Source of the DNA: a virus
IMG/VR virus record: IMGVR_UViG_3300030108_005444
Span: 1-64,000 of that record
Direction: 5' to 3' (one strand)
DNA: 64,000 nucleotides
Shown here: positions 39,132 to 48,143 of the stretch, in pieces
Layout of the letters: every line of letters starts with the position of its first letter
Numbering within the stretch: position 1 is the first letter of the stretch
Made by a program: the position numbers and the translations under genes
Notes under the pieces: generated by a model
Database searches by the model: none
Seen by the model: the letters and a program-made list of their open reading frames with translations, nothing else
What the model was told of the DNA's origin: nothing

Positions 39132-40654
39132 TGTACGATCGTTTTGAATACAATGGCACCTTAACAAATTATCCTAGCAAAACTAATTGGTATTGGATAA
39201 CACATTCTGATAATAATTACACAAATTTTGATTTTGATTACCACACACCTGAATGGGAATCATATTGTGTTCAAGTGTTTGGTGATCAACATTCAAAAAA
39301 TTCTCACACATATCTTGTTAACAAAGAACACGATGATAACTCACCTTGGCAATTCCATGAAAACAAAGTGGATAGAATAGGCAAAGTTCCTATTTTTCAT
39401 GCCACCAACTTTCAACCGGATGAAACAGAAGGCGTAAGAATGTTCTCCAATTTTTTTAATTTTATCAAAAGATGTTGTAACAAAACTGACAGCGATTTTT
39501 TTTGGATTACATCTTCAGTTTGCGATTATTCTAGTTTCGACTTTACGTGGCATCCTGACATAGGTGAAGAAAAGTTTTTACACACGTGGACCACGCAGGA
39601 CAACAAGTATGGATACACATTTTTTGTGCCAAGACAGGAGTTTATGCGTCAATGTCAAACACTTCAAAAATTAGAATGGTTCAAACAAATAAAATACCAT
39701 TATGAAGTTAGTATAAACCAATTGCCTGTCAGTTTTTTTACTTTAGAAAATGGAGTGGCAGAAACAATTAAGCATCATAAATTTACGCATCACTATGAAT
39801 GGTTTGTAGAACAGGGAGTTATGTTTGACACTGAAAAATTCCAACCATCAAGATGGGACGATATCCAAATAGAAACATATGGCCGTAATTCAAATGCACT
39901 GTTAGTACCAAGGGAAGCCAAGTCGTTTGTAGTGGATCAAGTTTATGATTATCCACATATCGTGAATAAACCTTACATAATTAAAGAGCCTGAATTTGAT
40001 ATGTTTGTATTAGGCTATAAAGAGCCTGACTTGGAACGGAACTATGATGAAGTTAAATTAAAATACCCCAATGCTAAACTTGTGTCCGGCATTCAAGGCA
40101 ATGTAAATGCTTACAAAGAATGTGCAGAACAAAGCAAAACAGAATATTTTTGGATTATATTTGGCAAGTCTAAAATCAATAAAAATTTTACATTTGATTA
40201 TCATCCCAACTGTATGGAAAGGCCACATCATCATATTTTTAAATGCTATAATCCTATGATTGATTATGCGTATGGACATATGGGCATAGTGTTATACCAT
40301 AAAAAAATGGTTTTGGATGCTACAGAGTGGGGTCCAGACTTTACATGTTCTTTTCCTGTAAAACTAATTGATCAAATATCAAACATAGCGAATTATTTTC
40401 AAACAGAATTTTTAACTTATAGAACTGCATTCAGAGAGTGTGTAAAATTAGCGTCAAACTGCATCAAAGGAAGTGATCCAAATACTAATAATGTGATTTT
40501 AACTAAATGGTTGAATAATTCGAATGGCACACATGCTAATTGGAACCAACAAGGGGCCGAAGATGCTGTAAAATTTGTTGCTGAAGGTCAAGACCTTAAC
40601 AAAATCTGGGATTGGAACTTTATTAATTCAATGTTCCAAAAACACAAACTATGA
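39131..40654 (+). CDS. Repeat-containing glycosyltransferase-like protein; C-terminal domain paralogous to 28134
   Basis: Repeated 'W...DYSxFDF.WHP' units; C-terminal FVLGYKEPD..GIQG..AYKECA..YAYGHMG..RTAFRECVKL. Confidence 0.55.
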   Translation: MYDRFEYNGTLTNYPSKTNWYWITHSDNNYTNFDFDYHTPEWESYCVQVFGDQHSKNSHTYLVNKEHDDNSPWQFHENKVDRIGKVPIFHATNFQPDETEGVRMFSNFFNFIKRCCNKTDSDFFWITSSVCDYSSFDFTWHPDIGEEKFLHTWTTQDNKYGYTFFVPRQEFMRQCQTLQKLEWFKQIKYHYEVSINQLPVSFFTLENGVAETIKHHKFTHHYEWFVEQGVMFDTEKFQPSRWDDIQIETYGRNSNALLVPREAKSFVVDQVYDYPHIVNKPYIIKEPEFDMFVLGYKEPDLERNYDEVKLKYPNAKLVSGIQGNVNAYKECAEQSKTEYFWIIFGKSKINKNFTFDYHPNCMERPHHHIFKCYNPMIDYAYGHMGIVLYHKKMVLDATEWGPDFTCSFPVKLIDQISNIANYFQTEFLTYRTAFRECVKLASNCIKGSDPNTNNVILTKWLNNSNGTHANWNQQGAEDAVKFVAEGQDLNKIWDWNFINSMFQKHKL

Positions 40655-41731
40655 ATATTTGCGTACCCAATTGTTGATATGTTGAATCACATATGATTGT
40701 TCAGATTGTGTCATTGAATAATAACAAGGCAAACTAACAATTTGTTCACACACCCATTCAGATTTGACACATTGTTGAAATGGGTAATAAGGCCTATGGG
40801 TGTTGATTGACGTAGGATAATGTATTTTTGTTTGTATACCCTTTTCCATCATGTGCTGTCGAAAAAGATTCCTATTTGGAACTTGTATTACATAAGCATA
40901 AAATGAATGTAAACAATTTTTTTTAATTTTAGGGGTCACACATTTTAACTCATTGTTATATGTACTTGCTATGATCCTTTTTTTATTGTTCCAATCCAAA
41001 TAAAATTTAATTTTTTCTAATAACACTGAAGCCTGAATACAATCCATTCTAGCATTATATCCAATTTCTACGTAGTTGTCATGATCAATTCTTCCATGGT
41101 CTCTTAATATTTTTACTTTATCAATTAGATTTTGTTGCCCAGTCACAGCACCAGCATCTCCTATAGCTCCTAAGTTTTTGATAGGATTAAAAGAAAAACA
41201 AGTTAGGTCTACCAATCCTCCAACTCTTTTATTATTATATTCTGCTCCAGTGCTGTGTGCCGCATCTTCGATCAGTTTCAAATTATATTTTTCACTAATT
41301 AATTTTAATCTTGATATATCAGGAGTCTGCCCATACAAATCAACAAATAATATTGCTTTTGTTTTAGGACTTATTTTTTCTTCTATTTTGTCAGAATCAA
41401 TATGATAATAATCATCTATGTCTACAAACACAGGATCAGCACCTATTGATTTGATTGCTTCCACTGTTGAGACATATGTGTGGGGGGTTGTGATAACTTG
41501 ATGTCCATGTCTAACTCCACAGGCTCTTAGTGCTAGAACCAGTGCTTGTGTGCCATTAGATACTGCGGCACTTCCTTCTGCTGAACAATGTTTTGCCCAC
41601 TTCTGTTCAAAAACTTTGATGATCGGACCGTTCACAAATTCAGTTGTGTTCAGAATCTTGTTGATTGCTTTATCAATCTCTGACCTGCAGTCATTGTATT
41701 GGTCATCAAGTTTAGTAAATGGAATATTCAT
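40649..41731 (-). CDS. DegT/DnrJ/EryC1/StrS sugar aminotransferase
   Basis: SNGTQAL, VDLYGQ, IEDAAHS, FSFNPIKNLGAIGDAG (PLP Lys), GYNARMD. Confidence 0.95.
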   Translation of the reverse strand: MNIPFTKLDDQYNDCRSEIDKAINKILNTTEFVNGPIIKVFEQKWAKHCSAEGSAAVSNGTQALVLALRACGVRHGHQVITTPHTYVSTVEAIKSIGADPVFVDIDDYYHIDSDKIEEKISPKTKAILFVDLYGQTPDISRLKLISEKYNLKLIEDAAHSTGAEYNNKRVGGLVDLTCFSFNPIKNLGAIGDAGAVTGQQNLIDKVKILRDHGRIDHDNYVEIGYNARMDCIQASVLLEKIKFYLDWNNKKRIIASTYNNELKCVTPKIKKNCLHSFYAYVIQVPNRNLFRQHMMEKGIQTKIHYPTSINTHRPYYPFQQCVKSEWVCEQIVSLPCYYSMTQSEQSYVIQHINNWVRKYS

Positions 41732-42647
41732 CTATTTTTTCCAATGCTTGAAAAAAATCAAACTTGCGTTTGTAACCTAATAAATTTTTTATTTTCTGGA
41801 TGTTTAATGATCCTCTGTTTGGAAAATACTTTTCTCTATTTACGGGTACAAGAGTGCTTTTACTATCATAATGTTGCTTTATAGTTTCTGCTAATTGTTT
41901 AATTGACAGACTATGTTCACCACTAATGTTGAATGTTTCATTTGTTACATCTGAATCGATCGCTAAGTCAATTGATGTTACAAAGTCATCCACATAAGTT
42001 ATATCTGTAAATGTATCCTGTGCGTAAAAAATTTCCTGCCCTGTTATAGCAGACTTGATAAATTTTGACACCAGCCTATCACCTATGTCATTGTTACCAA
42101 ACACACAGATTGGTCTAAAAATTATGTAAGAAAAGTTTTTATTTTTCGCATTTGATTTCAGCAAATACTCTTGACTTAACTTGAGACTACCATATAAATT
42201 GATTGGAGCACATAATGTGTTTTCGTCAGCATCATGTTGATAATTTCCATACACATTTGAACTGCTTACATGAATATATTTTTTTACCGGATATTTCATT
42301 GTGTTTATCATGCCTTGGATCATGCCTTCAGCACTAAGGACAGGATATTTTTCTGATAAACTTACTCTTGGATAAGCGGCCAAATTTATTATAATTTCTG
42401 GCTTAAAATTATCGATAGTGTCTTGGATAAGAGAATGATCAATTACGGAGCCATTAACAGTATCAACATTGTACCACTGTTTGGTTCTGTCTTGGATGAT
42501 TTGATTTTTTATTCTTTCATGCGTGATGCCAAAAATATTAAAATTATCATACACACAAATATCATGCTTAGATTGTAGAAGATTAACTAAATGATGCCCT
42601 ATAAAACCAGCACCACCAAATATAAGGATTTTATTCTTCTGTGTCAT
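41712..42647 (-). CDS. NAD-dependent nucleotide-sugar epimerase/dehydratase
   Basis: GGAGFIG, NLAA, SSSNVYG, YGSLK (YxxxK). Confidence 0.9.
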   Translation of the reverse strand: MTQKNKILIFGGAGFIGHHLVNLLQSKHDICVYDNFNIFGITHERIKNQIIQDRTKQWYNVDTVNGSVIDHSLIQDTIDNFKPEIIINLAAYPRVSLSEKYPVLSAEGMIQGMINTMKYPVKKYIHVSSSNVYGNYQHDADENTLCAPINLYGSLKLSQEYLLKSNAKNKNFSYIIFRPICVFGNNDIGDRLVSKFIKSAITGQEIFYAQDTFTDITYVDDFVTSIDLAIDSDVTNETFNISGEHSLSIKQLAETIKQHYDSKSTLVPVNREKYFPNRGSLNIQKIKNLLGYKRKFDFFQALEKIDEYSIY

Positions 42648-42912
42648 CTAAAGTGGGCGGAGATACTTTCTGCATAGACTTAATTAATTCATCTTTCAGT
42701 TCAATCATGTCTAGTTGCCCAGTCTCAAAATCACGCAGAGCATTTACTGTGTGCGATTGGCCCCTTTGGTGTTCTTCATGAACCAATGTGCGACTACTTC
42801 CTTTGTTCAGCTGTTTAGCTCTGTGTGAGGCCAAAAGGATCATTTCATAGCGATTACCAACTCCTTGTTCTTGGCACTTATTCCAAGCTTCTTGGGCAAA
42901 TACTCTTGCCAC
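42631..42912 (-). CDS. rpoZ: RNA polymerase omega subunit homologue
   Basis: MARV...GNRYEMILLASHRAKQL..G...TVNALRDFETG parallels RpoZ (MARV..NRFxLVLxAxxRARQ..VxALREI..G). Confidence 0.8.
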   Translation of the reverse strand: MARVFAQEAWNKCQEQGVGNRYEMILLASHRAKQLNKGSSRTLVHEEHQRGQSHTVNALRDFETGQLDMIELKDELIKSMQKVSPPTLDDTEE

Positions 42913-42915
42913 TAT

Positions 42916-43509
42916 CTATGCCTCTTCAGTTTGTTTTTTTGGTCGACCTTTTTTAGGTTTCAGTTCTGGATCAAGTTCGTATGCTCTTTCTTTCAACACA
43001 TTCATTTTCTTTTCCAGTCTTTCTGCTCGTGCCAACATTAGTTTTGCTTCATTTTTGCCTGAAGTGCCTGCCGCAGTAGTGTCAGGTTGTATTGATAGAC
43101 CTGCTAGGTCCACACCTTTTTGACTTGCTATCATCTCATTTAGTTTGTCTAACTGAACAGCGTCTGCTCCTTCTTCTGTGACCATTACATTTTCAGTTGC
43201 TTGTTTCAGCAATTTACCATTGCTATGGAGATATTCTAATACTGTTACTCCTTGTACTGATGTTGCTTGATCTTGAACAATTGGATTTTGCGAGTCTTCC
43301 AGAGGCATTTTGTGTCTACCTAAAATGTGTGCGAATTCAAATGATTCCTGGCCATCTGGTGATTCTAACAATCCTTCAATTATATCTTCTTCAAACGGAA
43401 GCATAGCATCTCTATCTATCACAAGACTAGAATAAGGATCATTAGGTATTGTACGATAGGCAATTATTACTTTAGTGCCTGTGGTTTTTAACATCCCGAT
43501 GTGTTTCAT
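42916..43509 (-). CDS. Hypothetical protein with basic C-terminal tail
   Basis: 197-aa ORF; C-terminal coiled coil ending KPKKGRPKK (AT-hook-like). Confidence 0.65.
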   Translation of the reverse strand: MKHIGMLKTTGTKVIIAYRTIPNDPYSSLVIDRDAMLPFEEDIIEGLLESPDGQESFEFAHILGRHKMPLEDSQNPIVQDQATSVQGVTVLEYLHSNGKLLKQATENVMVTEEGADAVQLDKLNEMIASQKGVDLAGLSIQPDTTAAGTSGKNEAKLMLARAERLEKKMNVLKERAYELDPELKPKKGRPKKQTEEA

Positions 43510-43794
43510 TTATTTCTCCTCTGTTTTTACCTCAGCAGGCGAATCAGTGTTTGCTGTTTCTTCTGCTTTTGCTTTGGCATCGACTGCTTTTAAAAATACA
43601 TCTAATTTTTCAAACACTTCTCCTACTGTCTTCAGTTCAACGCCTTTGAATGCGCCACGTTGAGATGAAATGTCAATAATTGTTCTGATGTTTCTAAGAT
43701 CAGCAACTGTTAGCGAGGGCGCCTCTGCTTGTGGAGTAGACACAGTGCCATCCTGCATCGGAGCAGTGTCTTCTTTTTTTGTTTCTTCTACCAT
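43510..43794 (-). CDS. Hypothetical protein
   Basis: AAGGAG Shine-Dalgarno; IIDISSQRGAFKGVELKTVG. Confidence 0.7.
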   Translation of the reverse strand: MVEETKKEDTAPMQDGTVSTPQAEAPSLTVADLRNIRTIIDISSQRGAFKGVELKTVGEVFEKLDVFLKAVDAKAKAEETANTDSPAEVKTEEK

Positions 43795-43815
43795 ACGGAG
43801 TCTCCTTGGTTATAT

Positions 43816-43859
43816 TATAATATACGTATATTATATTTTATTTGTTTGGAAAAAGTCAA
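43816..43859 (-). promoter_or_regulatory. Sigma70-type promoter with overlapping 20-bp palindrome
   Basis: TTGACT(43859-54)-18 bp-TATAAT(43835-30); perfect palindrome TATAATATAC|GTATATTATA at 43816-43835. Confidence 0.65.
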
Positions 43860-45034
43860 CCATAATAAACGGTTTGTCCAAAAGGTGGTTTTACTTTGTG
43901 GTTTGTATGAATTACCCAAAGTGTATCACAGTAGTCTGCATCTCCCCAACGATCCCAAGTTTCACCATCTGTAAAACAAACTAAAAGTTGTGGTTTTACA
44001 TCATTGTTTTGCATCCATTTCCAGTTTACTGAAATATCAGTACCACCATAACCTTGTGGAGTGTATGTAGTGATATCTTTTCCATCCCATGTTTCAAATT
44101 GTTCTGGAGCATGGACTTCTGTATCAAAACACCATATTTTTATTTTGTAGTCATCAAATTCTTCTGCTATGCCATTTATTTCTGAAAGAAAATCTTTTAG
44201 CATTGATTCGGATATTGAACCAGATGTGTCAATGGATACACATATGTCTAGTTCATTCTGGACATCAAGTCCTGGCAACACCGCATTTGTTGAATACATC
44301 TTACGCGAAGGCCTCATCCATGTGTAGTTGTTTTTGATTTGGCTTTTAATAGTTTGTCTCAACATGCTCCTCCAGTCCAGTTTTGGTTGTGTGATGTCAG
44401 TTATTAGTCTTTCAAGTCCTCTAGGAATACTGCCTGCCCCAGATTGTGCCGCTTTAGCAGATTGTAAAAGCGAATTTTTTATTTCATCTTTAAGTTGATC
44501 TTGTTCTGCTTTTGATAATTTAGGCATTTTAAGTTTTTTCTCTTTGCCATTTTTATCTTTTACAGTAGCCTCTCCTTTGTCAAGATCAATGTGAACATCA
44601 AGAGTTGATTGCTGTTTCTGCGAATCAGATAGTCCATCATAAATTTGTTCGGCTGACAGATCCCTGTATTTTGAATCTAAAAGAGGAGCATCATTACCTG
44701 TGGGTTTGGATCCTATGTTTTCATCATCAAGTATTTGGTTGATAGCATAATCGGCCGCAACGTTCCAACCTGAAGGATCTCTATCACCACGTCTAATCAT
44801 GTGTTCGAATGCCACATGTAACACTTCATGTGCTAATAAAAATTCAACTTGTTTAACATCCAATCGATCAATGAATTCTGGGGCATACCAAAGATGTCTT
44901 CCATCAGTCGCCGCTGTCATTATTTCTGGTTTTTCGATAAGTTTTAACCTTGTTGCCATATTGCCAAAAAAAGGCTTTTTAAGTAATAAGGATATTCTGG
45001 CTGTAACTATTTTTTCTTCTTGAGAAGTTCTCAT
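43856..45034 (-). CDS. Metallopeptidase-VWA protein (DUF2201-like)
   Basis: TAATDG, AHEVLHVAFEH (HExxH), IDTSGSI (MIDAS), GGTD, FTDG. Confidence 0.9.
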   Translation of the reverse strand: MRTSQEEKIVTARISLLLKKPFFGNMATRLKLIEKPEIMTAATDGRHLWYAPEFIDRLDVKQVEFLLAHEVLHVAFEHMIRRGDRDPSGWNVAADYAINQILDDENIGSKPTGNDAPLLDSKYRDLSAEQIYDGLSDSQKQQSTLDVHIDLDKGEATVKDKNGKEKKLKMPKLSKAEQDQLKDEIKNSLLQSAKAAQSGAGSIPRGLERLITDITQPKLDWRSMLRQTIKSQIKNNYTWMRPSRKMYSTNAVLPGLDVQNELDICVSIDTSGSISESMLKDFLSEINGIAEEFDDYKIKIWCFDTEVHAPEQFETWDGKDITTYTPQGYGGTDISVNWKWMQNNDVKPQLLVCFTDGETWDRWGDADYCDTLWVIHTNHKVKPPFGQTVYYG

Positions 45035-46113
45035 TATCCCTCCATACTTGCCACAACATATTTTCCAAACTTTTCATGGAACTTGTTGAATGACTTTAAC
45101 TTACTTGGCTTCATTGGAAGTTTGTATGTTGATAGAGCAATCTTGGCACCCATTACAGTAAGTTCTGTGTCAAAGTTGTCCATCATAAAGTTTAAGAAAC
45201 AATCTGCCTGTTTATCAAAGTCTTTGTTTTTTTCATTCTCTTTAAGTTCATAACACATTGATACAGCCAATGAGTACTGTCCTGATACTTCAACTGCCTT
45301 AGGCATCTTCTTAATTTTGCCGGATAGTATGTCTGTTGGGTTGGGAAGGTCAGCCGCAATTTTACGATGAGCCATAAATTTAATGGCTGTACCTTCACCA
45401 ACAGCACCTGCAACTAAGTCGGTGAGTGTGTTGTCCGGCAGGTGTTCTGTTAGTAATTGACTTACGAAACTCCAAGTTCTTGGTGTAGCAAATGCCTTTG
45501 AAGAACCTTTTGGATCGAAGTCATACAAATCGTTTTTAGCAAACGAGCAGTAACCTACTACATCTGCGTGAATATTATTAAGGGTGGCCCATTCAAACCA
45601 ATCATCAAAGTCTACTTTCATTTCGATATGTACAAAACGATTTGAAAGTGGAGCAGGCATTCTGAATGTAACACCTCTGTCTGTCTCTCTGTTACCAGCG
45701 GCCACTATGGATACGCCTTCAGGCAAATCATAGGCACCAACCTTCCTATTAAGAATAAGTTGATATGCCGCGGCCTGTACAGCGGGTGGTGCCGCATTTA
45801 TTTCATCTAAAAATAAAATTGCTGTGGATTTAGGATCCGAAGGCAGTTCAATCGGTGGCGCCCATTCCATTTTGTTAGAAGATGAATTGTAAAAAGGGAT
45901 ACCTTTGATGTCAGTAGGTTCCCATAATGGTAATCTAATATCAATCACTTCACGTGACTGTTCGTCTCCAATCTGTTTAACAATATCGGACTTTCCAATA
46001 CCTGGAGCACCCCATATCATCACTGGTCTCTTAAGTTTGATACAATGCTGTAATGCTGTTATTGCCTGTCTTGGCCCTATTTGTCTTGTAGTTTCAATTG
46101 TTTTATCGCTCAT
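45034..46113 (-). CDS. MoxR-like AAA+ ATPase
   Basis: GAPGIGKS Walker A, LFLDEINAA Walker B, AAGNR, NRFVH, TPRTW; paired with the VWA gene. Confidence 0.9.
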   Translation of the reverse strand: MSDKTIETTRQIGPRQAITALQHCIKLKRPVMIWGAPGIGKSDIVKQIGDEQSREVIDIRLPLWEPTDIKGIPFYNSSSNKMEWAPPIELPSDPKSTAILFLDEINAAPPAVQAAAYQLILNRKVGAYDLPEGVSIVAAGNRETDRGVTFRMPAPLSNRFVHIEMKVDFDDWFEWATLNNIHADVVGYCSFAKNDLYDFDPKGSSKAFATPRTWSFVSQLLTEHLPDNTLTDLVAGAVGEGTAIKFMAHRKIAADLPNPTDILSGKIKKMPKAVEVSGQYSLAVSMCYELKENEKNKDFDKQADCFLNFMMDNFDTELTVMGAKIALSTYKLPMKPSKLKSFNKFHEKFGKYVVASMEG

Positions 46114-46139
46114 CGTCTAGTACACTCCTTATGTATATT

Positions 46140-46167
46140 ATTATATTGCCATATTGTAGAGTGTCAA
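46140..46167 (-). promoter_or_regulatory. Sigma70-type early promoter
   Basis: TTGACA(46167-62)-16 bp-TATAAT(46145-40), then AAGGAG Shine-Dalgarno before ATG 46113. Confidence 0.7.
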
Positions 46168-46200
46168 CCACCTAAAAGTCGCTATAATTGGGATATTTTA

Positions 46201-46764
46201 TTACCAAGGTTTTTTGTTTTGATCTAATGCTATTAGAGGAATAGTGTGAATTTGTTGAGTTATCCAAAATATTAACTCTGCTACATCAATTGGTTTTATC
46301 CAATTATTTGTTTGTTGTGTTCCTATGTCAATCCCACCTAGAATTATGTGTGTAGTCTGGACTCTAAAGTTGTTAAGTTGTAGACTTTTTGTTTTAAGTT
46401 TGTTCTTTGAATCACTGTATGATGTTTCACCCAGTTTATCATATTCATTAGTGCTACCAATATTAAAAATTTGTCCTAGTTTCATATTGTCAGCGGCATG
46501 ACTAAGCAGATTTATTTGTGTATTTGGACTTATGTAACTGGCGTTAATAAATGTGTTGTGGTTTTTCAGTACACTTAAAAATTTATCTATATCCTTAGTT
46601 AAATCTATTCCCATACTTTTATGAACAAATGTTACATTTTTAAAAATTTTTTTTACTCCATGTGCTATATTTTTAGGATCAGATGGGTTGCCTGTACATA
46701 GTATTTTTCTTTCTTTCATGAATCTATTACGCACAGTGATTAAACTTTTTTCATATCGATTCAT
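46201..46764 (-). CDS. Short, degenerate SDR/Rossmann-like protein
   Basis: ILCTG, FINAS, IFNIGS, YSDSK (YxxxK). Confidence 0.55.
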   Translation of the reverse strand: MNRYEKSLITVRNRFMKERKILCTGNPSDPKNIAHGVKKIFKNVTFVHKSMGIDLTKDIDKFLSVLKNHNTFINASYISPNTQINLLSHAADNMKLGQIFNIGSTNEYDKLGETSYSDSKNKLKTKSLQLNNFRVQTTHIILGGIDIGTQQTNNWIKPIDVAELIFWITQQIHTIPLIALDQNKKPW

Positions 46765-47692
46765 GGCACATCTTTCTACATTTCATTTTACAAAGCACGT
46801 CGGCAGTCCCACTGAGGCCTTTTTGTTTTACATTTTCTATCCATTTTTGAATAATTGTGTTTGCTTGACTGTATGTTGTTTTTGCTATATTCAAATTTTC
46901 CAACCAATATTTGTTTGTCCAGAGTTCAGATTTGTAGAATGTTTTTGGGTTTCGGATCCAATCGCATGGCATAAAGTAACCATCTGCTGAAATAGTTTTT
47001 GTTGTATTACACTTTGGAACAATTTCAATTGGACTATTTTCATTGTATTCACTCTTATAAAAATAGTTTGATTCCGTGTTTTTTAGTTCAGGTTTTAATT
47101 TTTCATCACCAAATCTATGCGTTTTAATAGTAAAAAAATCACATCCTTTATCAATAGCAAAATTTTTTATTTCGTCGATCTTATATTGATTAAAACTAAA
47201 AATAATTGTTTGCCATTTTATTTTTGCTTTGCCTTTTGTTGTAATATCAATGGCGTTCATGATACTATTCCAATTAGCATTTTTCCTATACATTAGATTA
47301 TCTTGTTCTAGTCCATCTACAGCAAACACAATAGTATCCTGAACTGTTAACAAACTATTAAGTTTGTTCCACCAATCTACATTCTTGTAACTACCATTAG
47401 TGTGAATAGAAAAACTTTTTGTATCCCTAAATTTTTCAATCAAATCAAATAGTTTAGGATAATAAATTGGATCGCCATAGTCTCCACACAAAGTGAATTT
47501 TTTAATATTTTTTCCTTGATCACATTGTAAAAAATTATACAATTCTTCATAATTTAAATCTAAATTATGTATAGGTTTTCCTAACAACTGTTTCCATTCA
47601 GTACGAGGACACGCTGGACAAGACAATGTGCATCTTGTGGTGGGTTCAATGTGTAGAATGCTATCAGTCAAGGTGTTGAAAAAACCATACAT
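46751..47692 (-). CDS. Radical SAM protein
   Basis: CTLSCPAC, CGDYGDP, HTNGS, C-terminal PCDW..CKMKC; start at MYGFF inferred. Confidence 0.85.
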   Translation of the reverse strand: MYGFFNTLTDSILHIEPTTRCTLSCPACPRTEWKQLLGKPIHNLDLNYEELYNFLQCDQGKNIKKFTLCGDYGDPIYYPKLFDLIEKFRDTKSFSIHTNGSYKNVDWWNKLNSLLTVQDTIVFAVDGLEQDNLMYRKNANWNSIMNAIDITTKGKAKIKWQTIIFSFNQYKIDEIKNFAIDKGCDFFTIKTHRFGDEKLKPELKNTESNYFYKSEYNENSPIEIVPKCNTTKTISADGYFMPCDWIRNPKTFYKSELWTNKYWLENLNIAKTTYSQANTIIQKWIENVKQKGLSGTADVLCKMKCRKMCHESI

Positions 47693-48116
47693 GGATTGGC
47701 ATTGTAAAACACAAACTGTATATGCCATTAAAATTAAACTGGTTTGTGTGCAGTTGTTCGGGTAAATTTTGTTCTGACTCTTTTAAATTGCTAGGGTACA
47801 AAGGCTGATAAGTGCCCTTCATAATCATTGCAGGTTGTAATAATACATCATCTATTTCTATGTCTTCTAAAATAACGTATTGGTCCTTTATAATTTTTCC
47901 ATTATCCTGAACAGTTTGATCGTTCGTTTTATTTTGTAAACAAATTTGTAATTTGTTGTTCTCTTTTAGTTGTAGTTTATAAGACAAAACAACAGATGTG
48001 TTTGATTTGTCGAATAATTTTATATCATCAATAATTTTTCCATTCATTGTCACAAGCACATTCGGAGGCCTGTCCCAAAAAATAGGCCTTAATGTAATTT
48101 TTGTTTTATATTCCAT
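47664..48116 (-). CDS. Hypothetical protein
   Basis: 150-aa ORF (NKTNDQTV..IIKDQ..DIEID). Confidence 0.6.
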   Translation of the reverse strand: MEYKTKITLRPIFWDRPPNVLVTMNGKIIDDIKLFDKSNTSVVLSYKLQLKENNKLQICLQNKTNDQTVQDNGKIIKDQYVILEDIEIDDVLLQPAMIMKGTYQPLYPSNLKESEQNLPEQLHTNQFNFNGIYSLCFTMPIHVWFFQHLD

Positions 48117-48143
48117 TGCCTTAATTATATAAGTTTTATAGTC

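Noticed and set aside
40640-40660. Expected terminator at the main +/- strand switch
   Set aside because: The two genes overlap at their stops and no convincing hairpin/U-tract was seen.
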